Virus record (IMG/VR): IMGVR_UViG_3300010160_000036 | Location: 12,353-76,352 of that record | Direction: 5' to 3' (one strand) | DNA from: a virus | Length of the DNA: 64,000 nucleotides | In this document: piece after piece, positions 33,501 to 40,831 of the stretch | How the letters are laid out: the number at the start of each line of letters is the position of its first letter | How positions within the stretch are numbered: position 1 is the stretch's first letter | Position numbers and translations under genes: made by a program | The notes under the pieces: generated by a model | What the model saw: the letters and a program-made list of their open reading frames with translations, nothing else | Databases searched by the model: none | Told to the model about the DNA's origin: nothing

Positions 33501-36500
33501 GATTAACTCAATTTAAATTGGTTGATGGTGTTGGCAACCCCGTAGTATTAACAACAGAAACTGCCCCAGTGGCCGGCCTAACTGCAATGATTGGTGAAGT
33601 ATCAAACACTGCTGTAGTAACAATTGACTATCCTGGTATTTTACCAGTAACTACAACACAATCAGCAACTAATTATGTAATATCTCCATTGTTGTCAGGT
33701 AGCCAAGGTGGTACAGCAGGATTCTATCAAGGTATCTCATTGTTCTTTACAACTAATTCTACTGGAAATTATCAAACATTTGGTAATATCGTAGAAAACG
33801 AAACATATTATGTCACTACTGTGATTAATTCTACGACATTCACTATGTCAACTAGCAACAATCCTATTAATTTAACTGCTACACAAGTATATGGTACCGG
33901 TGATTATGTGAAACTAAGTACAGTCTCATCATTAAGCATCAATGATCCAATCATCTTTACTGCCATGTACATAGTTGGATCAAGTGTTTCTAACTTTGGT
34001 GGCATCATTGCTGGACAAGTTTACTATGTTGCATCTATTGATTATAGCACTAACAGAATTACTATATCTAATACTGTTAACGGAGGCAACGTAAATCTAT
34101 CAGATGTAGCAGCCGCAACCAATACATACTGTACAATGACTGACCAAAAGGATACAGTTAAATTAACAACAGCCACTGGTAATATAACAATGAATGTTGG
34201 ATTACCAATCAGTCCCGGCCAAATTACAGGTCAGAAGTTTACATTCTATAAAACATCAGGTAACTACATAAACGGCGGTGCCGGATATACTGGAACAGTA
34301 AGTAATCTAGTTACAAGAATAACAGTAGCTACAACAGCAACATCAAACTATCTATATTTAAATCAGTTGTATGGTGGTACAACACATATGTATGTAAACA
34401 TGCCATTCAAAGTTACTGCTAATATTGGTAACTTGATTGCAGGAACTACATATTATGTTAAATCATTAGGTACAATTAGTGTTGATATTTCAAGTAGTTC
34501 TTCATCTACTAATTTGTATACCGCAGCAAATACAACCGGCTTCTATGTAGGTATGCCAATAATATTCACCGGGGGTATATTTGGTAATGTCAAACCATTG
34601 GTCACTTATTATATTAAATCATTACCTGATTCTACTCACTTTTCTATTAGTGAGTATTTAGGTGGACCTACATTTATACTGTCAGGTAACAACGGATTAA
34701 TGACTGTTTCTGCTAACGATCCATATATTACAGTAAGTAGTAGTTTAGGTGGAAGTACATTTGCTCTTGCTAATAGTACAACAGTTACTACCCTAACTCA
34801 ATATGTAACTTCAACTCCAACTTTCTATGTAAGTTACAAGCTAGGTGGTTATAGTGTGACCACTCATACTGCTGGTTCTGGATTTGCATATAACAACAAT
34901 ATAACGCTTCTTGGAACAAACTTTGGTGGTACAACACCATTAAATGATGTAATAATTAATGTCTCTGGAATCGGCACAACCGGAGAAATAACTTCTACTA
35001 TTATTTCTGGTACACCCGCAGAATTAGCAAAACAATACTACTTGAAGGTTATAAGTGACACCCAATTAGAAGTGTATGAAAATGCATTGATGACTATCCC
35101 AGTAGATGGAACTATTCTTGCCATTGAATATGCAGCAGGTGATTATGTGTTCTTACCTGAACCATTTTACTTCAATCAAAGTATTGTAAAATACAACAAC
35201 AAAGTATGGCAATGTATTGTCAGTAATAGTGACGCAGAATTCATTCTAGGTAAATGGGAGCTAATGGATAGTGGAAGTCGTAGACTAAATGCATTGGATC
35301 GTATCGTTGGTTACTATCAACCAACAGTCAACATGCCTGGTTTAGATTTAACTCAGCTAGTTTCCGGAATTATATATCCAAATAATACTTATTTGGATAA
35401 TGCTTTCCCTCCGGCAGACGAGTATCCATTAGATACATTATTATCAGATCAACCATTCTATCCTACTAGCATAAACAACATGGCTATTACTTGGGACGGA
35501 GTAAAATATGTAGGTGGTGCAAATAGCCCTACATATTCATCTGCTATTATAAGTGAAAACTCAATTAATTGGGCAATTGACAAGATTGCTGATTCACCGG
35601 TTAGTATTACTAGTATTAAATATGTAAGTGGTTTATATGGTAGTGGATTGTATGTAATAACAACTGCGAATTCGGCCACCCCAATTTATATCAGCCAAGA
35701 TGGTATACAATATGCAACATCCGGCGGAGCATACATACCGTATGATTCAACAGCATACAGTATTACACCATATGATTTCAGCTCATTAAAAGTAGAATCA
35801 ACATTACTAAACAGTGTTGATTATTTTAACAACATATGGGTAGCAGTTGGAGAAAATATCGTAGCAAGTACAGATTCATATTTCTGGGGCGAAGTATACA
35901 AATTGCCTTATCCAGGTGTACTGCGTTCAGTACATTATGTAAATAATCCAGGCTTTACTGGATGGCTAGCAGTAGGTAACTGGACAATTGGTAATACAAC
36001 TAGTTCTGTTATATTATCAAGTGATGATGGATTTGTTTGGACACAAATCAATGAAGGCATTACTACAATCATTACTAGCGCAACATTAAATGTTGTTTAT
36101 AGTAGCAACGATTTAATTATTTTTGCAGGAGCAAATGGTAAACTATTCTCTAATGCATCACCTGCATCATATACACAACAAACAACTAATGTAGTAACTG
36201 GGTTGAACGATGTGATATATGCGGATGGTGTATATGTTGTAGTAGGTGACAACGGAACTATCATTACAAGCACAGACACAATCACATGGACAACAAGAGT
36301 ATCAACTACTACAAATAATTTAAATGGAATTACATATGATGTAGTCAACAATAGATTTGTAGTAGTAGGGGATAATAATACAATATTGACAAGTATTAAT
36401 GCAGGTGTTACATGGATACTATCAAGTGTATACACAGTTGATCCTACTGTTTATACTGTACAAGGTGATGCATTTACATCTGGTTATGGACCGGAAGAAT

Positions 36501-39500
36501 TAGTTCCCGGTGTTGTATCTGACAATTTGACTATGATTGTTAACACACGTCCAGGAACTAACTGGAATGTGGGTGAATATGGTCATACTGGTTTTAATGT
36601 AGTATCAACTCAAATCACACCAAACACATTGACTCAGACTCAATATTCATTCTTAAATATTGTTCAGAACCCTGCTACTATAGCAATATATGATTTAGAC
36701 TTGTCTACCGGATTGAGTGTAAGAACATTTAATTTTACAGTTGATTGGGTCAACAAGATTATCACGTTGACCAATTATCTGGCGGTTAACCATCAATTAG
36801 TAATTGATTTGTATGAAGTTGGTAACGGAGATCAATTAGAAAAATCAAATTCTCAAGTTGTACCATTCATTGATGATGTTGGTACTGGCTTTACTGAGAT
36901 TCCATTGAACTGTAACTACTCTGCTAGTCGATTTAATGGATCAGGTGTGATACGTCCTGGCACCGGCCCAACAGAAATACTATGTACTAGTACCCGAGCA
37001 TTAGATAATTCAATATTGTGTGCTAGTACAACTGACTTTGTATTGAATCAATCAATAATGTTCCAAGGTGATGTTTTAGGTGGATTGGAATTGGATACTG
37101 ATTATTATGTAAAAACTATCAGTCTTATTACTAATAGAATAACAGTATCTGCATCTACCGTCGATGGCTTAGCAGGACCCGCATATGTATTAACTGACGA
37201 CACTGGTTCTATGGAGGCAATTATCATATCTGCAATTGATTTAGCTTGGACAGATCCAATTGTATTACATAACGGTAATATATTAAACTTTGGCCATCAA
37301 ACTATTGCAACTCAGACAAAGAGTTTAACAAACTCAATTGTATGTAACACAACCGGAGAATTCTATCCCGGAGATATTGTTACATTTAGTGATGAAATTG
37401 CAGTAATACCAGTTGGTAACTTCTTATACACTACTGGATTGACACCTCAATATCAATATACAATTCTATCTATAATTGACGACAATGAGTTTACAGTTGA
37501 AGATCCTGCAAACTTAGGCAATGCTTTAACACTATCAGATTCAACTGGTATTGCAATTTGTATTGTAGGTGATTATGCATTTGCTGAAGAAACTAATGGC
37601 ATAACTGCAAAACTAGTATTTGCAACTCAATACAACCAAAACGATGATTTTGTACAATTTACTGTGTTTGGTGAAACACAACCACAACAATATGGTTATA
37701 GTATCCCGCTAACTCAATTATATACTGCACAGGGTGGTGAAACTCAACTTGCACTAGAAAACTATGTAGGCGGGGATAACGCAGACAATGCAATTGTAGA
37801 GAAAAATGGCCTACGTTTAATTAACATAAGCGATTACACAATCAGTTATGCTACTGGTTTCATATACTTGAATTCAAGTTTGGCTCCAAACGATGTATTA
37901 GCTATCACTACGTATAATCTAACTGATCGTCAATATTTGAACACAACATATGGCGGTACATTTGCGGGTTCTTCAACCGCAATTCTAAACATTGTTGCTA
38001 CGACACACCAATCTGCGTTTGACGAATTAGTAGTTGCTGGACATTTCTTAACAGGAGTACAATATCAGATTGTATCTGTTGGCACAACTGACTTTACCTC
38101 AATTGGTGCATCAAGTAATACAGTTGGGGTAATATTTACTGCTACTGGTTTAGGTACAGGTACTGGTACTGCTGGCGTTGGTTGGGGAGATCATTTCTCA
38201 CCTAGCCCAGACTACTTAACATTAGGTTCAGGAGATACTAGCGCATTAGTTACAAACTTAGCAGTTGTGTTTTCTGCCCCGACAATAGGTGGAATTGTTG
38301 CTAACAAGTATTATTATATCTCGACTATCATTGACAGTACAACATTCTCTATATCTGAAACTGTCAGTGGTCCTACATTCTCGTTGATAACAGATTTTGG
38401 CTCAATGTCTGGATATATTAACCCTGCTATTGTTGCTAATATTACTAATATTGAAAACACAATTACAGCACCTGCCCAAGTTACAACATGTTCTCAGACA
38501 TATTTTGGTACAAATGTAATTGATTGTGCTAATATACCATTAGGCTCAGCAGGATTAAATGTAATATTTAAAGGTACTAGTTTTGGTAATATAGCAACTG
38601 ATGGTACAGTATACATTGTTGATACTGTTGTAAGTGCAACTTCATTCACTATCAAAGATGAATATGGGGATCCAGTAGTATTGTCAGATGACACAGGATC
38701 AATAGTTGCGTACATAGGTGGCACTCCAGCCGTGACAGTGTACACTGGAATCCCTCACGGCTTACAAGAAAATAATATTGTACGAATTAACGGTGTAACT
38801 GGATCTGTTCAATTAAACAACAATACATATTATGCTAAGATAGTAAACATTACAACGATTGAATTATATTATGCACCGTATGACCCTACGTTAAACTATA
38901 CAAACTCGCCTGTAACAGGAGTTGGTGCTTATACAGGTGGCGGTTATGTATGGTTAGATAAGACATTCACATTAACTATAACTAACGGTACATCAACTAG
39001 TTCGACTGGAAATAAAATTACAGTTAATAGTACACGTAATTTAGAATTAAACACTCCTGTATACTTCACAGGTAATGTGACTGGAACTAATTTAGTAATA
39101 GGTACCAAATATTACATCAAAGAAATTTCTAGCTTAACAGAATTCACTGTCTCTACTACATATGACGGAGCTGTGTTTGTATTAGCTAATGCTACTGTAT
39201 CATTTGGTGTAAGTGAGTGGGAACAATCAAATGTAGATAGAATTTGGGTAACTGTAAACGGATATAGAATTCCATCAAGTTCTTTGTATATTAACCCTAA
39301 CAATAACTTGAGTATTTTACATACAATTAGTCCGGGTGATGCAGTTATCATTACAAACATGATTCCAACATCAACTCCTAACGAATTGACTTATATATTG
39401 AACGTGACAAAAGATAGTATTCCATCTGTGTTCCGTGCTAATTCACTAACTACAACTTGGCTAACACGAACACTACAATATACCGATTCTATAATTTATG

Positions 39501-40024
39501 TTGAGGATGTATCAAAATTGACTAATACTATTGTTCAAATTGATACAGTTCCCGCACTAGTTAATGGTATAGCGACTATTGGTTTAGAAGCTGACAAGAG
39601 AACAATTGCTCAAGTCATTGTTAAAAATGGTAATATAACGTTATCATCCAGTGACTACAATATAGATATTGTTGATACTGCTCCCGTACTGAAAATAACT
39701 TCAGGAGTTGCTGAAGGCGATACTGTAACTATTACATTGATTTTGGGTAATATAATATACTTGGCCGGAGAACAAATTCGTTTTACTACCATTGACTTTG
39801 ATACTAATACTATCACAGGATTACAACGCGGAGCTAATGGAACTGGTACACGAAGCTTTATTCCTGTTTACCAAAAGGTCTATAGCGCATTGTCTCAGGA
39901 CAGACTACCTGACACTTACTACAATCAAACATGGAATTCATATGTTTATAACACTGTATTGGGTGATCCGTTACAGATTAGTAACACTTTCAGCGCAAAT
40001 TTCTTAAATCAGGACTATGCCTAA
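21587..40024 (+). CDS. Giant (6145 aa) modular baseplate/fibre-like virion protein
   Basis: Uninterrupted ORF after gp6. Contains FG-GAP-like propeller repeats, about 12 copies of a G.....YY(V/I)....F.(I/V)S beta-module and a BNR-like propeller. GATAAGTA motif upstream (21556-21563). Confidence 0.8.
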   Translation: MATRIRTLNFLPEVFQTPTNAQFLGATLDQITDQPNTMRIEGYVGSKFGYGINAKDKYVIEPTKTRTDYQLDPAVVFTKTNTATAVDFISYPGIVDAVKLNGGIIDNNDRLFNSQFYSWDPFVDLDKVINFNQYYWLPTGAPAVTVATDIVYNVSDYVVTDLPNGYNISSDVNPSGSTNPSLTFIRGGTYTFTVDQNTAFWLQGKPGVTGYDPAQPNLQTRNILGVENNGASRGVVTFNVPYKNAQDEYNFPGNNLVDVVSTTPFDEINGQLLSYVKNIDGVTALGGRTVLFYNTGVVNETGFVGPFYDTTLYDENGGNAPFVYPGTSIDNNNYNGGYYTDPSATFYLITYVGDPDNPTLKLVPYAPIPTEEKITAVYGTQWKARNFYRNIEGVINLIPYLSSLLDTIYYQDGTSPDKVGVIKLINSNSANQINVNDILGKKNYTAPNGVVFTNGLKVSFAGSIYPTTYKTGEYYVQGVGTAIELLDIATLIAPEPFTAGTYTPYDTLPYDIGNYDSTLYVPVYQDYLTIARNSIDRNAWSRSNRWFHIDVINATAGYLNDPTIVTTYATQNNKAKRPVIEFYPNLQLFNNNIVGKQPIDFFDTRTTDAFTQVAGQLAYYPDVEVYTASTASIASASSATSTTITVLASDVGPVTSIGASIGTFQVGQYITDNAGKLPRNSQISAISGTTTLTLTVTWPYASSFTSATNVSLIANGLPNDDYALYDGAKIVFSVDTNVDVRNKIYIVRFSSIAGSIPVITLTEVEDGLVLPNEGTFTFKGYYNQGMDFYFDGLTWFEAQQKTTINQAPLFDVFDNDGVSFGNNNVYVGSSFKGNKLFSYGIGSGINDLILGFPLRYSSVNNVGDISFDVLINSATFNYVKGIAPITQKVNTGYVHNYSDLSTFSRALGWQTAVAESRQYQVFNFDYVASNPVTTYTCDIAAATNTAWPNIQLYVNNDLQASSTYTYEITEDSTVITFTPPNPLVDTVIEITILSDQVSPTAYYEIPINLQNNPFNTDITTANVGDIRGQYQSIFYNNPDTTGVVFGSNNYRDLGNLVPWGNKIIQNSASLALPGTFLRKQNHNLVDSLQYNSQQYIIFKNLLVNTIDSTDYTYYQLPAVMLDNALDQITSGKIESGPFFWSDMLPNMSAYATNTYTFANSLDVSIYPLTRIYDFTKSNYYGVLVYLTRTVDNFTTTTQLLINIDYTVSTDTPSLTISTDLLPGDIVTIKEYNQTYGSYVPNTPTKLGLYPAFVPEVILDSNYTQPTYFIRGHDGSYNQLYGDYIDGNLVDFRDKVLLEFETRIYNNLKLSDIIPIRDYDVIPGFFRNTGYSYDEVLSIYSQYFLNWIGQNRVEYKPQVGYSSIDQFTYNYSQSGNKIDGSQILQGYWRGIYQYFYDTSEPNTTPWEMLGFTAMPSWWTGRYGAAPYTSDNLVLWKDLAQGINWNNGDPYVLSQFIRPQLLEVIPVDSAGNLLSPFDAIVGNYVERSFKHDWKVGDVAATELSYRRSSTWPFDLMKLLSLTKPAEFYNLGVDVDNYKYNTEFNQFLVNNRSHLVISDVQIYGNGIAKTSYINWIVDYEKQLGVDATTNITNLLANLDVRLAYRLAGFSDKTLLNFYVEKGTPNSTNASLLIPNESYQVLLYDNVPFDKIIYSGVIVQNVGTGWKVFGNSQNNAYFNISVPKINGNYNKVSVEGLSVQIANDYFDNKSQLIPYGTEFNSIHDVAQFIGSYNNYLLNQGVLFDQIESGLAVIWSQMVAEYLYWVQSGWEKGSLINLNPAANIMTINKDSYIVQPLTLQKQNFVLNQNLYPIKSTDLAVVREGTLFTATPLNQGDTVAYGQFNISNFEHGIVFNNVTLFNDIIYNLITGLRQARILTKGVKTADWNGTIDAQGFILNQDNILEWDSITKYTKGSIVLYKNRYWTALQVINASAIFDTKLWKETNYNEIQKGLLPNGSTRSYESTLFYNTNISNLDRDSDILSWSLIGYRPRDYLALADLTDITQVNVYKNMIKQMGTRIAANNFKGVTLLQGGIDYDINDNWAIKTGEFGGVLDNNFVDFRLNQTQLTGNPSTVALTTGDYTDGVEQEVPLYSVFNYSRPLTNPNVLPTLPVDTPNRLYPAAGYVNFNDISVYGYYYNDLNTAQTPLEKLYVGEYVWIADYNGTWQVYTPISNGQLIEVVNNLNGTVTLTFAEPHNLTKYQTIAIINFNAGVNGYRIVQSIIDNNRVTIALNLLASVTRLTGTGIVMRFQSQRVNQPSDINSLPLLNTEFVKNKVWVDTNTDGDWAVYRKSLNYVYDLELLRTGALKFGSAVATTSDLGYLIGDSDLGVAYRYVYDPVFKVFVMRQSITGSESFGSTISYSGNKFAISQPTGALLANRLVKVYDLIVSITQNILQLSQTIQAPTGATNWGSATAFSGDGNWLYISAYEQNSVYVYRKSQVTGLYEYSTIINVLGLVAGDNFSYSLSTNYYGDTVIIGAPDVDTTVDNTGSTYIFERLVQNFESQYNSQPLVPQTFKLVYTPGTTIRTASAIASNAVTLNSVAGLTAGVNGTAIVFTGTVFGSIALNQVYYVKSIVGSTVTLSLTRNGTTLTLTNSSGTMSAVVQTQPLFVSVNGTLITDNNYAVTGTTLNVYQSLIAGDIITSSSSQFVLIETLVSPDNLTIGEQYGYSLDTNTYGTEILVGSPFQLNSQNQEGAVYRYTDGGGKYGIITGLLDCQVSTPTTILINGYVVDIPLGNATIVANSIASANITNVTATTQNGKLVISTISNELAYVNDKLNIVTLSAHDFYQLGISKYQLTQTINDPHSQGRTQFGTTIKFNESSSFVVSSPVSTRYEETTFDASDDANYNNDTLFDNNTTQFLDTYTNAGAVYMFDYVSNYDENLNNVGQFVYAQNVNAFDLDYGAQPYYGTALDFNNNQVVVGTPNFRPNINNGQVIIYQNATGVQDWSVYRNSTPIVDVNAIQNAQLYSASTNNTLINLDYIDPLQGKLLGAVAENIDITSNRDPAAYNGPNSTNTSSIVWGAKHVGKLWFDTSTTKFVNYHQSNDVVYNSKWWGQVFPGSSPVVCSWISSNVLPTNYAGPGTVKDVNEYTIEYTLNTTGAIVPVYFYWVRNTNIVFTQLGKTLSDTICESYIANPLTTGISYFAPLLPNAFGLYNTMDYVNNTDTVMHVGFATGTNDDVSHSAYSLIRENTDDFLPGLPGTPGVTYPKSLYNRMLESMSGVDESGAVVPDPNLPKPVQSGILVRPRQSFFYDRFGALKNYLTTANEILAKYPYNETSYSTFLNTSGAVNPSTVGNPNWSGAEELFYNTQDYWTPINWWAIGYNDNTRPAMMVQSYYDLATLNAQNGLIVTVAKNGQGLQETYKYDIIINDWVRIGLQNGTIQFKSSLWDYATARLGFGDNFFDTTPFDTYPSEETRYIVRALNEEMPTELGFFKNEGLILLFNYIISETIESQNYLPWLNKTSFVDVSHTIRELLPLKIFQSDNQDFLSGYINEVKPYHVVIKDFLFRYTGLDLWRGNVTDFDLPATYNTNLQKYITPELVYTNPSQDNQYLPTDPIWQTPPYVEWFNNHGLSITGVNNYPITTLASYLTLNSIDMVVDNVYGFPVDSVIQIGEEQIAYSGVDRAYGLLTGLTRGVNGTPVTNHIPGEQIITDLPAVLLLNGGRGYTEPPKVTAYIDTTVFPAPTRAAILQPVMNLDTILRIDVVDPGEGYVELPQILIEPSAIITFPSSYVDLSNDTVIIQSQLLRTGDLIRYSVGANTTPIGGLKQGEYYYISVLETIPNFVISFYTTYVGALKDQDRVNLLNGGSGSNNYIAISARASCVSTAIPIRENQITLRFDRTSYTSQVQDWAPNNFYGSFYAGVFRNTTQVASSGLTLESSAPPIDSILASAQGAPFYLQDVSNNHVVDWSSRTRIVTNTSNTGYITIAPSEGGTPLEGYVGPTTGFYIGMPIKFTGAKFGGLVVGTVYYISAINGLTQFKLVDGVGNPVVLTTETAPVAGLTAMIGEVSNTAVVTIDYPGILPVTTTQSATNYVISPLLSGSQGGTAGFYQGISLFFTTNSTGNYQTFGNIVENETYYVTTVINSTTFTMSTSNNPINLTATQVYGTGDYVKLSTVSSLSINDPIIFTAMYIVGSSVSNFGGIIAGQVYYVASIDYSTNRITISNTVNGGNVNLSDVAAATNTYCTMTDQKDTVKLTTATGNITMNVGLPISPGQITGQKFTFYKTSGNYINGGAGYTGTVSNLVTRITVATTATSNYLYLNQLYGGTTHMYVNMPFKVTANIGNLIAGTTYYVKSLGTISVDISSSSSSTNLYTAANTTGFYVGMPIIFTGGIFGNVKPLVTYYIKSLPDSTHFSISEYLGGPTFILSGNNGLMTVSANDPYITVSSSLGGSTFALANSTTVTTLTQYVTSTPTFYVSYKLGGYSVTTHTAGSGFAYNNNITLLGTNFGGTTPLNDVIINVSGIGTTGEITSTIISGTPAELAKQYYLKVISDTQLEVYENALMTIPVDGTILAIEYAAGDYVFLPEPFYFNQSIVKYNNKVWQCIVSNSDAEFILGKWELMDSGSRRLNALDRIVGYYQPTVNMPGLDLTQLVSGIIYPNNTYLDNAFPPADEYPLDTLLSDQPFYPTSINNMAITWDGVKYVGGANSPTYSSAIISENSINWAIDKIADSPVSITSIKYVSGLYGSGLYVITTANSATPIYISQDGIQYATSGGAYIPYDSTAYSITPYDFSSLKVESTLLNSVDYFNNIWVAVGENIVASTDSYFWGEVYKLPYPGVLRSVHYVNNPGFTGWLAVGNWTIGNTTSSVILSSDDGFVWTQINEGITTIITSATLNVVYSSNDLIIFAGANGKLFSNASPASYTQQTTNVVTGLNDVIYADGVYVVVGDNGTIITSTDTITWTTRVSTTTNNLNGITYDVVNNRFVVVGDNNTILTSINAGVTWILSSVYTVDPTVYTVQGDAFTSGYGPEELVPGVVSDNLTMIVNTRPGTNWNVGEYGHTGFNVVSTQITPNTLTQTQYSFLNIVQNPATIAIYDLDLSTGLSVRTFNFTVDWVNKIITLTNYLAVNHQLVIDLYEVGNGDQLEKSNSQVVPFIDDVGTGFTEIPLNCNYSASRFNGSGVIRPGTGPTEILCTSTRALDNSILCASTTDFVLNQSIMFQGDVLGGLELDTDYYVKTISLITNRITVSASTVDGLAGPAYVLTDDTGSMEAIIISAIDLAWTDPIVLHNGNILNFGHQTIATQTKSLTNSIVCNTTGEFYPGDIVTFSDEIAVIPVGNFLYTTGLTPQYQYTILSIIDDNEFTVEDPANLGNALTLSDSTGIAICIVGDYAFAEETNGITAKLVFATQYNQNDDFVQFTVFGETQPQQYGYSIPLTQLYTAQGGETQLALENYVGGDNADNAIVEKNGLRLINISDYTISYATGFIYLNSSLAPNDVLAITTYNLTDRQYLNTTYGGTFAGSSTAILNIVATTHQSAFDELVVAGHFLTGVQYQIVSVGTTDFTSIGASSNTVGVIFTATGLGTGTGTAGVGWGDHFSPSPDYLTLGSGDTSALVTNLAVVFSAPTIGGIVANKYYYISTIIDSTTFSISETVSGPTFSLITDFGSMSGYINPAIVANITNIENTITAPAQVTTCSQTYFGTNVIDCANIPLGSAGLNVIFKGTSFGNIATDGTVYIVDTVVSATSFTIKDEYGDPVVLSDDTGSIVAYIGGTPAVTVYTGIPHGLQENNIVRINGVTGSVQLNNNTYYAKIVNITTIELYYAPYDPTLNYTNSPVTGVGAYTGGGYVWLDKTFTLTITNGTSTSSTGNKITVNSTRNLELNTPVYFTGNVTGTNLVIGTKYYIKEISSLTEFTVSTTYDGAVFVLANATVSFGVSEWEQSNVDRIWVTVNGYRIPSSSLYINPNNNLSILHTISPGDAVIITNMIPTSTPNELTYILNVTKDSIPSVFRANSLTTTWLTRTLQYTDSIIYVEDVSKLTNTIVQIDTVPALVNGIATIGLEADKRTIAQVIVKNGNITLSSSDYNIDIVDTAPVLKITSGVAEGDTVTITLILGNIIYLAGEQIRFTTIDFDTNTITGLQRGANGTGTRSFIPVYQKVYSALSQDRLPDTYYNQTWNSYVYNTVLGDPLQISNTFSANFLNQDYA

Positions 40025-40036
40025 AAGATAAATAAT

Positions 40037-40180
40037 ATGATGAGTGAACAAAAACCAGTTGAAAATAAGACAGAAGTAGGACCTAAACCAGATGAACATG
40101 GTGGGTTTTACTTCAGCTCATTTTTAAAGATTATAGATCCGGAAACACAAGAAGTTCTGGTTCAAACAAGAGGCGATTAA
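40037..40180 (+). CDS. 47-aa small protein (not in ORF track)
   Basis: MMSEQKPVENKTEVGPKPDEHGGFYFSSFLKIIDPETQEVLVQTRGD*. Fills the gap, follows GATAAATA (40027-40034) and its stop abuts the next ATG. Confidence 0.7.
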   Translation: MMSEQKPVENKTEVGPKPDEHGGFYFSSFLKIIDPETQEVLVQTRGD

Positions 40181-40801
40181 ATGTCAGGAATACAATTAAC
40201 ATATAAAATTGAGGGTTTTATTAAAATCCACGATCCCAACACAGGGGAAGTTCTAGTGGACAAAAAGAACGCTATCAATTATGAAAATATGTCAGAAGCT
40301 ATTGCTGACACACTAAGCAGTCGTGGTTACGGAGAAATTTATCAAATGGCGTTTGGGAACGGTGGTGCAAGCGTAGATGAAACAGGCGTTATCACATATC
40401 TACCCCCAAACACAACTGGTCAAAATGCTGCACTATACAATGAAACCTACGCTAAAATCGTTGACGATACTAGCGTTTTCAACTTAGATCCTACACGTAA
40501 CAAAATGACGGTTTCACACACTGTTGGTACTGTGTATACAGACATTTTAGTACAGTGTTTGTTAGATTACGGTGAGCCAGCAGGGCAGGCAGCGTTTGAC
40601 AATAGCACTCAAACTGATTCTAGCTATATCTTTGATGAACTAGGATTATTAGCAAATTACGGAACAGACAACGCAGGAAATGTCATCACACGACTATTAA
40701 CTCATGTTATTTTCCACCCAGTTCAAAAAAGCTTGAACAGACAGATTCAAATTGATTACACCGTCAGAATTCAGGCGCTAACAAACTTAGTTACAATCTA
40801 A
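40181..40801 (+). CDS. Virion structural protein (baseplate/fibre-attachment type)
   Basis: Position in the structural operon; FGNGG, FDELGL, HPVQKS.NR...I.Y pattern. Confidence 0.55.
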   Translation: MSGIQLTYKIEGFIKIHDPNTGEVLVDKKNAINYENMSEAIADTLSSRGYGEIYQMAFGNGGASVDETGVITYLPPNTTGQNAALYNETYAKIVDDTSVFNLDPTRNKMTVSHTVGTVYTDILVQCLLDYGEPAGQAAFDNSTQTDSSYIFDELGLLANYGTDNAGNVITRLLTHVIFHPVQKSLNRQIQIDYTVRIQALTNLVTI

Positions 40802-40831
40802 GATAAATAAGATATAATCGGAGTTATATAA

